DNA from: Thermoplasmata archaeon
Lineage (GTDB): Archaea > Thermoplasmatota > Thermoplasmata > RBG-16-68-12 > JAJISG01
Direction of reading: 5' to 3'
Assembly: GCA_046759865.1 (NCBI GenBank)
Contig: JBHIDB010000003.1
Span: 1-39,764 of the forward strand
Length of the DNA: 39,764 nt
A program made the position numbers and the translations under genes. Numbering within the stretch: the stretch's first letter is position 1; every line of letters starts with the position of its first letter. Positions 9,759 to 18,768 of this stretch are shown here, one piece after another. The notes under the pieces are model-generated. The model made no database searches. It saw only the letters and a list, made by a program, of their open reading frames with translations, and was not told the DNA's origin.

Positions 9759-10520
9759 GTGGATTTCTACGAGCGATCCGCCCGGTACTACGATCTGATC
9801 TACAGCTCGATTGTGGACTACGAGCGAGAAGGGACCCTGCTGGAGGAGGTCTTCCAGCGATACGCCGAGCGGCCGATACGACGAATCCTCGACCTGGGGA
9901 GTGGCACCGGAAACCACGCCCTCATCCTCGCGTCGCGGGGCTACGATGTGCTCGGAGTCGATCGGAGCGAGGCCTTCGTCGCCCTGGCGAAGGAGAAGGC
10001 CCGCGAGCCACCGGACGGGCCCCGATTCGTCGTTGGGGACATGCGGGAACTTGCGATGGAGGATCAATTTGACGCCCTGATCAGTATGTTCGGGGCGTTC
10101 GGCCACCTCCCTCGGGACGCGGCGGGCGATATCCTCGCTCGATTTCGAGATCGGCTCGAGCCCGGTGGGATTCTCGCCTTCGAGTGGTGGAACGAGCCAG
10201 GCGCGCGGGACGGCTACCTGGACTGGTTGGAACGAGAAGGGGAGGGGATTCACCTCATCCGCATGGGGAAGTCGAGGGTGGACCTGGAGGCCCACACCCT
10301 AGAGATTACGCTCAAGCACCTGATACTCCGCGGGGACCGGCTGGAGGATACCTTCACAGAACGGGCCGTCCTGGCCCTCTACGAGGTCGGGGTGATGGAG
10401 GGCTTCCTCTCACGAGCGGGCCTCACTCCGATCGCCATGCTGGACTGGACCCGCAAGGCCCTCGAGCCGCCTCGCTCTGACGACTTTCGCGTCCTCGCCG
10501 TCGCCCGGCGAGACCGCTGA
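9759..10520 (+). CDS. Class I SAM-dependent methyltransferase
   Basis: YYDLIY and ILDLGSGTG motif I. GTG at 9759 follows GGAGG; alternative GTG at 9747. Confidence 0.88.
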   Translation: MDFYERSARYYDLIYSSIVDYEREGTLLEEVFQRYAERPIRRILDLGSGTGNHALILASRGYDVLGVDRSEAFVALAKEKAREPPDGPRFVVGDMRELAMEDQFDALISMFGAFGHLPRDAAGDILARFRDRLEPGGILAFEWWNEPGARDGYLDWLEREGEGIHLIRMGKSRVDLEAHTLEITLKHLILRGDRLEDTFTERAVLALYEVGVMEGFLSRAGLTPIAMLDWTRKALEPPRSDDFRVLAVARRDR

Positions 10521-10521
10521 C

Positions 10522-10535
10522 GGAAGGCTTTTAGG
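10522..10535 (+). promoter_or_regulatory. BRE/TATA promoter of tRNA-Gln
   Basis: GGAAGG followed by TTTTAGG, about 26 nt upstream of the tRNA 5' end. Confidence 0.6.
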
Positions 10536-10560
10536 CCGAGGCCAAGCTCAGACTCCCCGC

Positions 10561-10653
10561 AGCCCCGTGGTGTAGCGGTCAATCATGCGAGGCTCTGGAT
10601 CGTCCTCGCCGAGGAGAGACCTCGTGACGGCAGTTCGAATCTGCCCGGGGCTA
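10561..10653 (+). tRNA. tRNA-Gln(CUG) with a 20-nt intron (10599-10618) at position 37/38
   Basis: Acceptor stem AGCCCCG/CGGGGCT; anticodon stem CGAGG/CCTCG; anticodon CTG at 10595-10597; GTTCGAAT T-loop; BHB motif (CTCT paired with GGAG, 3-nt bulges). CCA not encoded. Confidence 0.93.
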
Positions 10654-10661
10654 TCCTCCCC

Positions 10662-11234
10662 TCACGCGGCCAAGAACCGCCGTAGCTCGGGTTCCCCCTC
10701 GATGGGGCCACGGACGACCAGCAGATCCTCAGCAAGGAGCGGGGTGTTCTCGTCGGGTCCGTAGATCCAGGACCCCTCGCGACGGATGGCAAGGACCCAG
10801 GCTCCCGTCTCCGAGGCCACCTTCAACTCCCCGAGGGTGTGCCCTGCGGCCGGGGACCGATCGGGCACCGTGAGGGTCGAGATGCTGGTATCGGATTCCT
10901 TCAATGCCTCGGCCACGACCGGGTGGGGCTCGATGTCCCGGAGGACGACGTCGGCGATCTGGAGGGCCCCGTCCGCGATGTCCTCGATGGAGGAGGCCAT
11001 GCGGATGAAGACGAGGGCCTTGTCCACGTCCCCGTCCTCGGTGGCCCGCCGGATGGCCTCTTCCTGAATCTCTTGGTCCCACCCGTCGATTCTATCCTCC
11101 AACTCGACGACGTGCCGGGCAATCTCCACATTGTCGTAGAGGAGGGCGGAGTAGGCGAGGTCCACCATGAGTTCGGAGGTGTCCTTCATCTCCAGCAAGG
11201 TGTCTTCGATGGTCACGTTCTGGCCTCCGGCCAT
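10662..11234 (-). CDS. PhoU + TrkA-C (RCK_C) domain protein
   Basis: EMKDTSELMVDLAYSA PhoU-like helix; GAWVLAIRR...DLLVVRG RCK_C. Confidence 0.88.
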   Translation of the reverse strand: MAGGQNVTIEDTLLEMKDTSELMVDLAYSALLYDNVEIARHVVELEDRIDGWDQEIQEEAIRRATEDGDVDKALVFIRMASSIEDIADGALQIADVVLRDIEPHPVVAEALKESDTSISTLTVPDRSPAAGHTLGELKVASETGAWVLAIRREGSWIYGPDENTPLLAEDLLVVRGPIEGEPELRRFLAA

Positions 11235-11809
11235 GCTTCCTCGCCCCGAGCGTACCGGCTGAGGCGCTGAAAGCCGTCCTCCGTGCCGCGTAGAACGAGG
11301 AGGTCCCCCTCCCGCAAGACCGCCTCCCCTTCCGGGTCGTACGTCCACTTCCGGCCGCGCTGGAGGGCAATGATTCGCATCCCGGTCTCGGTCTCCACCC
11401 GCAGGTCCCCGATGGCCCGCCCAGCCAGGGTCGACCCCGCGAGGAGACGCGCCGCCCGGAGCTTCTCGTCGGCCTCTCCCAGGACAAACGGCAGGAAAGG
11501 GCGCGCCTCGATCCGTTGCTCGAGCAGGTCCACGATGTCGCCGGCCCCGTTGGAGATGGTCTCGGCGGCGGATGCCACCTGGAGGATCCCCGCAAGCTGT
11601 TCGGCGTCCTGCTTGGTCCGACTGGCCATCAGGGCGATCATCCGGATCTGGTACCGGAGGTAATCCATCCGTTCCTCCAGGGCCCGGACCTCCGTGCCGA
11701 GGTCGTCGCTGTCGAAGACGACGGCGGCGTAGGCGAGGTCGACGATGTGCTCGCTGATGTCCTTCATCTCCACGAGGAGGTCCTTGACGCTCATAGGGGT
11801 GTACTCCAC
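11213..11809 (-). CDS. PhoU + TrkA-C (RCK_C) domain protein (paralog)
   Basis: EMKDISEHIVDLAYAA; TGMRIIALQRG...GDLLVLRG. GTG start following an SD-like GGGAG. Confidence 0.88.
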   Translation of the reverse strand: MEYTPMSVKDLLVEMKDISEHIVDLAYAAVVFDSDDLGTEVRALEERMDYLRYQIRMIALMASRTKQDAEQLAGILQVASAAETISNGAGDIVDLLEQRIEARPFLPFVLGEADEKLRAARLLAGSTLAGRAIGDLRVETETGMRIIALQRGRKWTYDPEGEAVLREGDLLVLRGTEDGFQRLSRYARGEEAWPEART

Positions 11810-11829
11810 CTCCCGATACGCGTCCGACG

Positions 11830-12387
11830 TCAGAGGATCGCCCCCAGCACGAGGACGAGTAAGGCGATCCCCAGCAGGTCCCCCATGGTGGTGACGATGG
11901 GAGTGATGAAGTTGTCCGGGTCCAGGCCCCGGGAGAAGGAGAGGAGGGCCACGGCCACGGTGACCAGGATCAGGACCCCCGCGAGCATGAGGCCAGTGGT
12001 CAGCATGAGGAAGAGGAGCACCTCCACTCCGAAGGGCGGCGTTACCCCCAGGCCTACCGCAGCCCCGTATATGAAAATTGCCAGGAGGGTGAAGGTCAAC
12101 AGGTAAAGGGCCAGCGCATCGCGGATCTGAGTCTGCAGGCCGCGGTCGGTGAGGCGGACGGAAAGGCTCCCTGTGTAGAGTCCGGAGGTGAGGCGGGCTC
12201 CCAAGACGGTCCCGACGTTCCCACCGACGCCGTTGATGACAGGCACCAGGATGAGGAGGAAGGGGAAGGCGAGAAAGATCGGTTCGTTGAGGTTCAGGAT
12301 CTGGCCCGCCACGAGGTTGAACACCACGAGGAAAACGAGGGCCGGCACACTCTGTTGGACGATGCCGGTCCAGCGGTAGAAGGTCAC
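11830..12387 (-). CDS. MgtE/SLC41 membrane-domain divalent cation transporter subunit
   Basis: GTG at 12387 overlaps the upstream TGA. Motifs PVINGVGGN and DPDNFITPIVTTMGD. Confidence 0.88.
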   Translation of the reverse strand: MTFYRWTGIVQQSVPALVFLVVFNLVAGQILNLNEPIFLAFPFLLILVPVINGVGGNVGTVLGARLTSGLYTGSLSVRLTDRGLQTQIRDALALYLLTFTLLAIFIYGAAVGLGVTPPFGVEVLLFLMLTTGLMLAGVLILVTVAVALLSFSRGLDPDNFITPIVTTMGDLLGIALLVLVLGAIL

Positions 12388-12941
12388 GGAATTCCCCCGA
12401 CGAGGAGAGCGACGAGGAAGAGGAGGAGCACGGTGAGGATGTCCCCCACCGTGGCCAGGGTGGGGGTGGTGACGTTGTCGGGGTCCAACCCCCGCCGAAA
12501 GGCCAGAATCAGGACAGCGAAGGTGACCCCCACCTGCAGCAGCCCCGCCACAGTCCCCGCCACGGTAGCGATCAGGACGAGCTTCCCCAGCCCGGCCGAG
12601 GGAAGGCCCAGAAGGACGGTCGTGAAGTGTCCCAGGACCCCCGTGAGGGCGGACAGGGTCAGGCTCAGGAAGACCGCCGCCAGGACCCCCTGGTGCGCCT
12701 CCTCGTTCCACAGGTTCCTACGTTCGATGAGGCCCATGTGGATGGCGGATCCCATGCGGGCACCCATGGCCCCGCTGACCCCCCCGCGGAGGGCGATGAG
12801 AACCGGGACCATCACAATGAGACCAGGAGTCCGCCGAAGGATGCCCTCCATCTCCTGGAAGAGGAGGCCCGCCAGCACCAACCCGAGCCCCGAGAGGAGG
12901 AGAACGGGAAGCGCCTCCCGGTACACGGAGGGGAGGGGCAT
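12384..12941 (-). CDS. MgtE/SLC41 membrane-domain subunit (paralog)
   Basis: Five hydrophobic segments and DPDNVTTPTLATVGD. TTTTTAG TATA-like box about 20 nt upstream. Confidence 0.88.
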   Translation of the reverse strand: MPLPSVYREALPVLLLSGLGLVLAGLLFQEMEGILRRTPGLIVMVPVLIALRGGVSGAMGARMGSAIHMGLIERRNLWNEEAHQGVLAAVFLSLTLSALTGVLGHFTTVLLGLPSAGLGKLVLIATVAGTVAGLLQVGVTFAVLILAFRRGLDPDNVTTPTLATVGDILTVLLLFLVALLVGGIP

Positions 12942-13121
12942 CGCATGGGGAAGGCCGGACCCTAAAAAGCGTTATGTTGAGAGTACCCGGAGTAATTTCC
13001 CTTTCCCTGAGTCAATGGTAGGCTATATCCGTGTCTGGCTCGACGGTTCGACGTCTTGGAATCGGGTGTTGTTTCGCGTCTTCTCTGACCGGTGATAAAC
13101 GGATCACCAACGACTCAACGA

Positions 13122-13337
13122 TTACTCGCCAAATCTGTCCCTGCGCTGTCGGACTAACGCCATGAGAGCCCCGATGGCGAACGCAAGTCCTGCGCCGATA
13201 ACAAGCCAAAGCCCCGGGTTAATTGCGGCTGCGAGCCGTCCTGCGACCACTACGATTATGACGATGAGAACCACTCCAACCCCGACGTAGCTGGCTAGTC
13301 GTAGCGCTACGCCTCTCTGTTCAGGTTCCGCCGCCGT
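13122..13337 (-). CDS. Small two-TM membrane protein, 71 aa, putative ACG start
   Basis: (M)AAEPEQRGVALRLASYVGVGVVLIVIIVVVAG...LWLVIGAGLAFAIGALMALVRQRRDRFGE*. GGGGAG 6 nt before ACG; TTATCT TATA-like box at 13381-13386. Confidence 0.55.
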   Translation of the reverse strand, partial: TAAEPEQRGVALRLASYVGVGVVLIVIIVVVAGRLAAAINPGLWLVIGAGLAFAIGALMALVRQRRDRFGE

Positions 13338-13406
13338 ATGACTCTCCCCGTTGTCGAGGGCACAGGAAAGATACCCTGCGAGATAAGACCTCCCGCCTTT
13401 CCCCGT

Positions 13407-14327
13407 TCAGTCGGCCAGCACGCGGACCGGGAGGAAGCCTGGGAGAAGGCTCGCCTTCATGGGGAGGGTCCCGACAAGCTCGCCATCCATCTCCGCCAGA
13501 ACGGTATCGTCGGAGCTCGCGCGCACGGACTTTCCTCGGGTGAAGGAGACCTTGGGATGAGAGAGGTGCTCCCCTCGGCGAAGCTTGCCCAGGCTCCCCA
13601 CCGCCTCCCCGACGCTGACGTCGCCAAAGATCACCACGTCCAGCAGACCGTCGTCGAGGCGAGCTCCCGGGGCGGGCCGCAGGCCGCTCCCGAAGTATTG
13701 TCCGTTGGCTACGATGACCCCATTCATGGAGCCCTCGGCAAACGTCGTGCCGTCCACGTCCACACGAATGGGCTTGTTGCGGTAGGAGAGGAGGGTGATG
13801 AGGGTGGCCATCAGGAAGGCCATCCGCCCGCCGAGGGGCTTCGCGCTCCGATTCACGCGTTCGACGACTTCGCCGCCCGAGCCGGCCTCGAGGATGTTCG
13901 CGAAGTACCTCGTCTGGGAGATGCCCTGGAAGTCGACGCACTCGCAGCGGCCCACGTCCACCGGCAGGTAGGTCGAGGAAGCGAGGATGTCCGCGGCGTG
14001 CTCCAGCCCCCGCGGGAGGCCCAGGGTCTTCGCATAGTCGGTCCCACTTCCGACGGGAATAATCGTGAGGCGCGCCCGCGGGTCCGCAAGGGCGTCGTCC
14101 CGGACAAGGCCATTTAGGGCCTCGTTCACGGACCCGTCTCCTCCCACGACTCCCACCTCGGTCTCCCCGCCCCGTACGGCGTCGCCCACCAGGGTTGTCG
14201 CAGATCCAGGCCCCGTAGTCAGGGCCGCCTCGAGGCCGGGTACCAGGTCTCTCAGCACGTCTTCGAGGGCGGACCATTCGCGCCCTACGCGGCCGCCCGC
14301 GGCGTGGGGGTTGACGACCAGAAGCAT
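13407..14327 (-). CDS. Diacylglycerol/lipid kinase, YegS/Rv2252/BmrU family
   Basis: NPHAAG, GGDGSVNE, GSGTDY, NGQYFGSG and DGE motifs. TGATG overlap with the upstream gene. Confidence 0.92.
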   Translation of the reverse strand: MLLVVNPHAAGGRVGREWSALEDVLRDLVPGLEAALTTGPGSATTLVGDAVRGGETEVGVVGGDGSVNEALNGLVRDDALADPRARLTIIPVGSGTDYAKTLGLPRGLEHAADILASSTYLPVDVGRCECVDFQGISQTRYFANILEAGSGGEVVERVNRSAKPLGGRMAFLMATLITLLSYRNKPIRVDVDGTTFAEGSMNGVIVANGQYFGSGLRPAPGARLDDGLLDVVIFGDVSVGEAVGSLGKLRRGEHLSHPKVSFTRGKSVRASSDDTVLAEMDGELVGTLPMKASLLPGFLPVRVLAD

Positions 14328-15943
14328 CAGGCCGCCCCCCGGAACGCCTCGTTGGACGCCACTTCGCCGCGATACCGCTCCAACTCCTCCTCGATGCGGG
14401 CGGCGTCCCACCCCAACTGGGATGCCATGAGTCGGGCCACATCCGGGGCCGCGCGGAGGCCGTGGTCCGGGTCTTCATCCATGATCCGGGTTCTCCGCGC
14501 CAGGACGTCCTCCAGCCGGAGAGCCATCTCGTGGTGAACGGCATAAACCGCCTCGCCGCGAACGTAGGGGAGGTCCACCACCATCGGGTCGGTAAGGCCT
14601 TCACCCGTCAGGCTCGCGTAGACCTCGGGCAACTCCAGGCCGAAGGCCGAGGACAGATGGTCGATGGCCTCCTGGCCGAGGCCCAGAGCCTCGCCACGCT
14701 CCCGCCCCCAATCGGAGCCTTCCGTCAGAACGGGAGTCGGCGCCTTTGGATCCCCTGGCGAGGGGCGGAGATCTCGGATGGCTCGGCGGAGTACGCGCCG
14801 CGCCACGATCGGATAGGTCGTGAGCTTCCCCCCGATGAGGGTCACCAGGCCCGGGGCATCCCGGATGATTTTCTCTCGCCGGCTCACCGAAGATTCAGGG
14901 ACCCCGAGTCGGCCCACGAGGGGTCGCAGGGCGGCATAGCTACTGATCACGTCCTCAGATGTCGCATTGGCCAACGGAAAGGTACCGTTGAGGGCGTCCA
15001 GGAGGTAGGCCGCGTCCTCGGGCTCGGCGCGCGCCTCCTCGGGGGGTCCCCGATGGTCCGTGTCGGTCGTCCCGACGAGGGTCAGGTTGCGCCAGGGGAG
15101 GGCGAACACGAAACGCCCGTCCTCGGGGGCTCGCATGACCACCGCATTCATGTTTCCCACCTGGGTCCGGGGGAGGAACAGGTGCACCCCCTTGGTGGGC
15201 CGCAACCGGGGTGACCTCGCCATCATCCCCCGGACGCTATCGCTCCACGGGCCCGTCGCGTTAACCACGACGTCGGAACGGACCTGATAGCGTCGGTCTC
15301 CCAAACGATCACGGAAAGCGACCCCGACAACGCGCCCGCCCTCCCGCCGAAGGGTCTCGACCCGGGCGTACGTGAGGATGTGGGCTCCCGCCTCGAAAGC
15401 CATCTTGGCGTTCAGGAGCACCAACCGAAAGTCGTCCGTCCAGCAGTCGTAGTAAAAGGCGCCACCGAGGAGCTCCTCCCGCCGGAGGCGGGGTTCGGCG
15501 GCGACGACCTCGCGTGGCGTCAGCCTGCGGTGTTTCCCCACGTTTGTGTATCCGGAGAGGTAGTCGTAGAACCAAAGGCCGAGGCGCGTAACCCAGTGTC
15601 GACCTTCGCCCCGATAGAAGGGGATGAGAAAGCGCAGCGGCTTGACCAGGTGCGGATAGTGGGTGCGTAGCCAGTGGCGCCCCCGGCTCGCCTCCCGAAC
15701 GAGGCGAACCTTCCCGTCCCTCAGATATCGGAGTCCGCCATGAATCAGGCGGGAAGACCGGCTGCTCGTCCCGCCCCCCACATCCCCCTGGTCCAGGAGG
15801 AGCACGCGATACCCGCGCCGGGTCGCCTCGAGGGCGATGCCGCAGCCGTTGATGCCGGCTCCCACGACGACGATGTCGTACCGGTTCGGCAACTCCCGAA
15901 GGAGCGCCTCGCGGCCGTTTGCGTCAAACCCCTGCAGGTTCAA
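14327..15943 (-). CDS. glpD: FAD-dependent glycerol-3-phosphate dehydrogenase/oxidase (GlpD/GlpA family)
   Basis: VGAGING, TSSRSSRLIHGGLRYL, NATGPW, GTTD and GGKLTT motifs. Confidence 0.92.
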   Translation of the reverse strand: MNLQGFDANGREALLRELPNRYDIVVVGAGINGCGIALEATRRGYRVLLLDQGDVGGGTSSRSSRLIHGGLRYLRDGKVRLVREASRGRHWLRTHYPHLVKPLRFLIPFYRGEGRHWVTRLGLWFYDYLSGYTNVGKHRRLTPREVVAAEPRLRREELLGGAFYYDCWTDDFRLVLLNAKMAFEAGAHILTYARVETLRREGGRVVGVAFRDRLGDRRYQVRSDVVVNATGPWSDSVRGMMARSPRLRPTKGVHLFLPRTQVGNMNAVVMRAPEDGRFVFALPWRNLTLVGTTDTDHRGPPEEARAEPEDAAYLLDALNGTFPLANATSEDVISSYAALRPLVGRLGVPESSVSRREKIIRDAPGLVTLIGGKLTTYPIVARRVLRRAIRDLRPSPGDPKAPTPVLTEGSDWGRERGEALGLGQEAIDHLSSAFGLELPEVYASLTGEGLTDPMVVDLPYVRGEAVYAVHHEMALRLEDVLARRTRIMDEDPDHGLRAAPDVARLMASQLGWDAARIEEELERYRGEVASNEAFRGAA

Positions 15944-17520
15944 GCCCCGTCCTCCCAGACCTTGCCCGGGTTCATGACCCCCTTCGGATCCAGGCTGTCC
16001 TTCAGTGCCTGGAGCGCCCGCAAGCCCACGGGCCCCAGCTCACGTTCCATCCATTGGCGGTGGTCGATGCCGATCCCGTGGTGGTGGCTGAGGGTGCCAC
16101 CCAGGCTCAGGATCCGCTCCGTAGCCGCCGCTTTCAGGGCCTGCCACTGCGGGATCTCTGTGCCGGCCGCCCGGGAAGTGAGGAGGGTGAAGTAGAGGGA
16201 CCCCCCGTCCCGGTAGGCGTGAGATAGATGGCAAAGAACGAGTCCCGGCTTTCCGGCGGCCGCGTAGGCCCCTTCGAGGGCTTCCTTCACCCCCGCGTAG
16301 AGCGTTTCGAGGTTGCTCCAGGATGCCGCGGTCTCGAGGGTCTCCACGACGAGGCCTCGCGCCATGAGCTCGTCCCGGAGGTACGGAGCCCGATAGTACT
16401 CCTCCTCCCACCCGGACGCCGCTTCACGGCCCAGATCCCAGACGCGGCCCTCGGTCCAGAGTTCGACGGCCCGTGCCATTTCCTCGGGGACGCGCTCCGC
16501 CGAACCCTCGAACTCGAGGAGGACGAAGGAGCCGGCGTCCTTGCTCTTCAGGCCCCGGGTGGCCATGAGGGCCCGGGTCTCCTCCGCGTTGGACACCCGA
16601 ACCGTAGCAGGTCGGATGCTCGCCTGGATCATCGCGCGGCATCGATGGAGGGCCTGAGGGAAGGAGGGGAGCAGGAACCCGCGCCCGGCCCGGACCTCCG
16701 GCCGAGGATGGGTTCGAATGACCGCTTCCACCACAACGCCCAGGCGGCCCTCGGAGCCCAGAAAGAGCTCCCTGAGTTCAGGACCGGTGGACCGAGCGGG
16801 AACTTCGGTGGTTCGGACTTCTCCCGACGGCGTGACCACCGTCAGGGCCTGGACGAGGTTCTCGATGCGGCCGTACTTCCCCGAAGCGTGGCCAGCGGAA
16901 CGGGTGGCGACCCAACCACCGAGAGTTGAGAAGTGGAAGGATTGGGGGAAGTGGCCCAGGGTCAGGCCACGGCCCTCAAGGTCCTTCTCCAACGCCGGTC
17001 CGGAGATGCCAGTCTCGACACGCAGGAGGGCGGATTCCTCGTCGACCTCGAGCACCCGCTTGAGTCGATGGAGGTCGACGGTCAGGACGGCGTGATGGGG
17101 CCCCCGCACCGGGGAGACGCCGCCGAGGACGGAGGTCCCCCCGCCGAAGGGAACGATGGCGAGGCCCCGGGCGGCCGCAACCCGGAGGAGACTCGCGACC
17201 TCGCGCACGGCCCGCGGATGCGCGACGGCATCGGTGATGAAGTCCAAGTCGCCCGACCTGGCGCGAACGAGGTCCATGTAGCTCTTCCCGAGGGAGTGGA
17301 CAAGCCTTTCCTCCTCGTCCAGGCGGATCTCACAGATGGCCCGCACGGCATCGAGGTCATCCGGCGTTAGGGAGGTGGGCGGGAGGGTTGGCATCGCGGG
17401 GGGGCCGGCTGCAGGCTCGACGTGGATGCCCTGGGCCTCCAGATACTTGAGAACCCGCGGGAGCAACTCCTCCGGATACCCCCTGTCCAATGCCCCCCAG
17501 CCCCACCACTTGCTCCTCAT
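15940..17520 (-). CDS. Alkyl-dihydroxyacetonephosphate synthase-like FAD oxidoreductase (VAO/PCMH family)
   Basis: ATG at 17520 after GGAGGG. Motifs KWWGWG, PFGGGTSV, GHFPQSFHFSTLGGW, GSEG, ETLETA, HLSHAY..G.SLYF, SHHHGIG and MNPGK. Confidence 0.88.
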   Translation of the reverse strand: MRSKWWGWGALDRGYPEELLPRVLKYLEAQGIHVEPAAGPPAMPTLPPTSLTPDDLDAVRAICEIRLDEEERLVHSLGKSYMDLVRARSGDLDFITDAVAHPRAVREVASLLRVAAARGLAIVPFGGGTSVLGGVSPVRGPHHAVLTVDLHRLKRVLEVDEESALLRVETGISGPALEKDLEGRGLTLGHFPQSFHFSTLGGWVATRSAGHASGKYGRIENLVQALTVVTPSGEVRTTEVPARSTGPELRELFLGSEGRLGVVVEAVIRTHPRPEVRAGRGFLLPSFPQALHRCRAMIQASIRPATVRVSNAEETRALMATRGLKSKDAGSFVLLEFEGSAERVPEEMARAVELWTEGRVWDLGREAASGWEEEYYRAPYLRDELMARGLVVETLETAASWSNLETLYAGVKEALEGAYAAAGKPGLVLCHLSHAYRDGGSLYFTLLTSRAAGTEIPQWQALKAAATERILSLGGTLSHHHGIGIDHRQWMERELGPVGLRALQALKDSLDPKGVMNPGKVWEDGA

Positions 17521-17607
17521 CCCTCCGCGTCCATCGCATGGCGGTAGAATAGGTTTCTGCAGCCGGGGAGGTTTATGTAGCGGCCAGAGGATGCGTAGGC
17601 AAGGGAG

Positions 17608-18765
17608 ATGATCGAGAGGGAGCAAGTGTGGGACGTCCTGAAGAGCTACGGCTCCGACGCGGTGACGATTGGGGTCCTGGCCTCCCACTCGGCTCTGGAC
17701 GTCTGTGATGGGGCGGTGGACGAGGGCTTCCGAACCCTGACCCTCTGCGAGGAGGGCCGGGAGGAGCCCTACACGCGTTACTTCAAGGCGGAGCGTGACG
17801 CCAAGGGGCGGGTCCTTCGCGGCGTGGTGGACGAAGCCATCGTGCTCACGAAGTTCCGGGAGGCCATTTCGCAGGAGGTGCAGGACAGGCTCCGACGCAA
17901 GCGGGTCCTCTTCGTCCCGAATCGCTCCTTCGTCTCTTACGTGGGACTGGTGGAGGTCGAGGACGACTTCGGGTTGCCCATGGTGGGGAGTCGGAACCTC
18001 ATGCGGTCCGAGGAGCGGACGGAGGAACGGGGGTACTACTGGATCCTGGAGAAGGCGAGGTTGCCGTATCCTCGCCGCTTCAGGAGCCCAGACGAGATCG
18101 ACTCCTTGGCCATCGTGAAGCTCCCCCATCGGGTCAAGCGCCTGGAGCGGGGTTTCTTTACGGCGGCGAGCCACGAAGAGTACGAGGAGAAGTCGGAGCG
18201 ACTCCTAGAGGGGGGTGTCATCACCTCCGAGGACCTCGCAGCGGCCCGGATGGAGAAGTACATCCTGGGCCCTGTCTTCAACTTCGATTTCTTCTACTCG
18301 CCCCTCGACGGAATCGGAGAGCCACTGGAACTGCTGGGCATCGACTGGCGTTTCGAGACCTCCCTGGATGGCCACGTGCGCCTCCCTGCGGAGCAGCAAC
18401 TTACCCTCCAGGGCGAGGAGCGGGACCCAGAGTACGTGGTGACCGGCCACAACTCCGCGACCTTGCGGGAATCCCTCCTCCGCAAGGTCTTCCCCTTGGC
18501 CGAACGGTACGTGGAGGCGACCCAGCTCTACTTTCCGCCGGGCGTCATTGGCCCCTTCACCCTCCAGACCTGTGTGGACAAGGATCTGAATTTCTCCATC
18601 TACGACGTCTCTCCGCGCATCGGCGGCGGGACCAACGTGCACATGGCCGTGGGGCACCCGTACGGCAACGTCCTCTGGCGGTCGCGAATGAGCACGGGGC
18701 GCCGGGTGGCCATGGAGATCCGGCGGGCGCAAGAGTGGGGCCAGGTCGACCGGATCGTCACCTGA
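17608..18765 (+). CDS. purP: PurP-family FAICAR synthetase (ATP-grasp)
   Basis: ASHSALD, VPNRSF, ERGFF, IGPFTLQ, PRIGGGTN and MSTGRR motifs. Confidence 0.9.
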   Translation: MIEREQVWDVLKSYGSDAVTIGVLASHSALDVCDGAVDEGFRTLTLCEEGREEPYTRYFKAERDAKGRVLRGVVDEAIVLTKFREAISQEVQDRLRRKRVLFVPNRSFVSYVGLVEVEDDFGLPMVGSRNLMRSEERTEERGYYWILEKARLPYPRRFRSPDEIDSLAIVKLPHRVKRLERGFFTAASHEEYEEKSERLLEGGVITSEDLAAARMEKYILGPVFNFDFFYSPLDGIGEPLELLGIDWRFETSLDGHVRLPAEQQLTLQGEERDPEYVVTGHNSATLRESLLRKVFPLAERYVEATQLYFPPGVIGPFTLQTCVDKDLNFSIYDVSPRIGGGTNVHMAVGHPYGNVLWRSRMSTGRRVAMEIRRAQEWGQVDRIVT

Positions 18766-18768
18766 CCG

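Noticed and set aside
10561-10660. tRNA as an integration site
   Set aside because: No integrase or duplicated tRNA 3' end seen; flanking genes have host-like composition.
17521-18174. 218-aa N-terminal extension of the AGPS-like ORF
   Set aside because: Antisense shadow of purP; the SD-led ATG at 17520 gives the family N-terminus.
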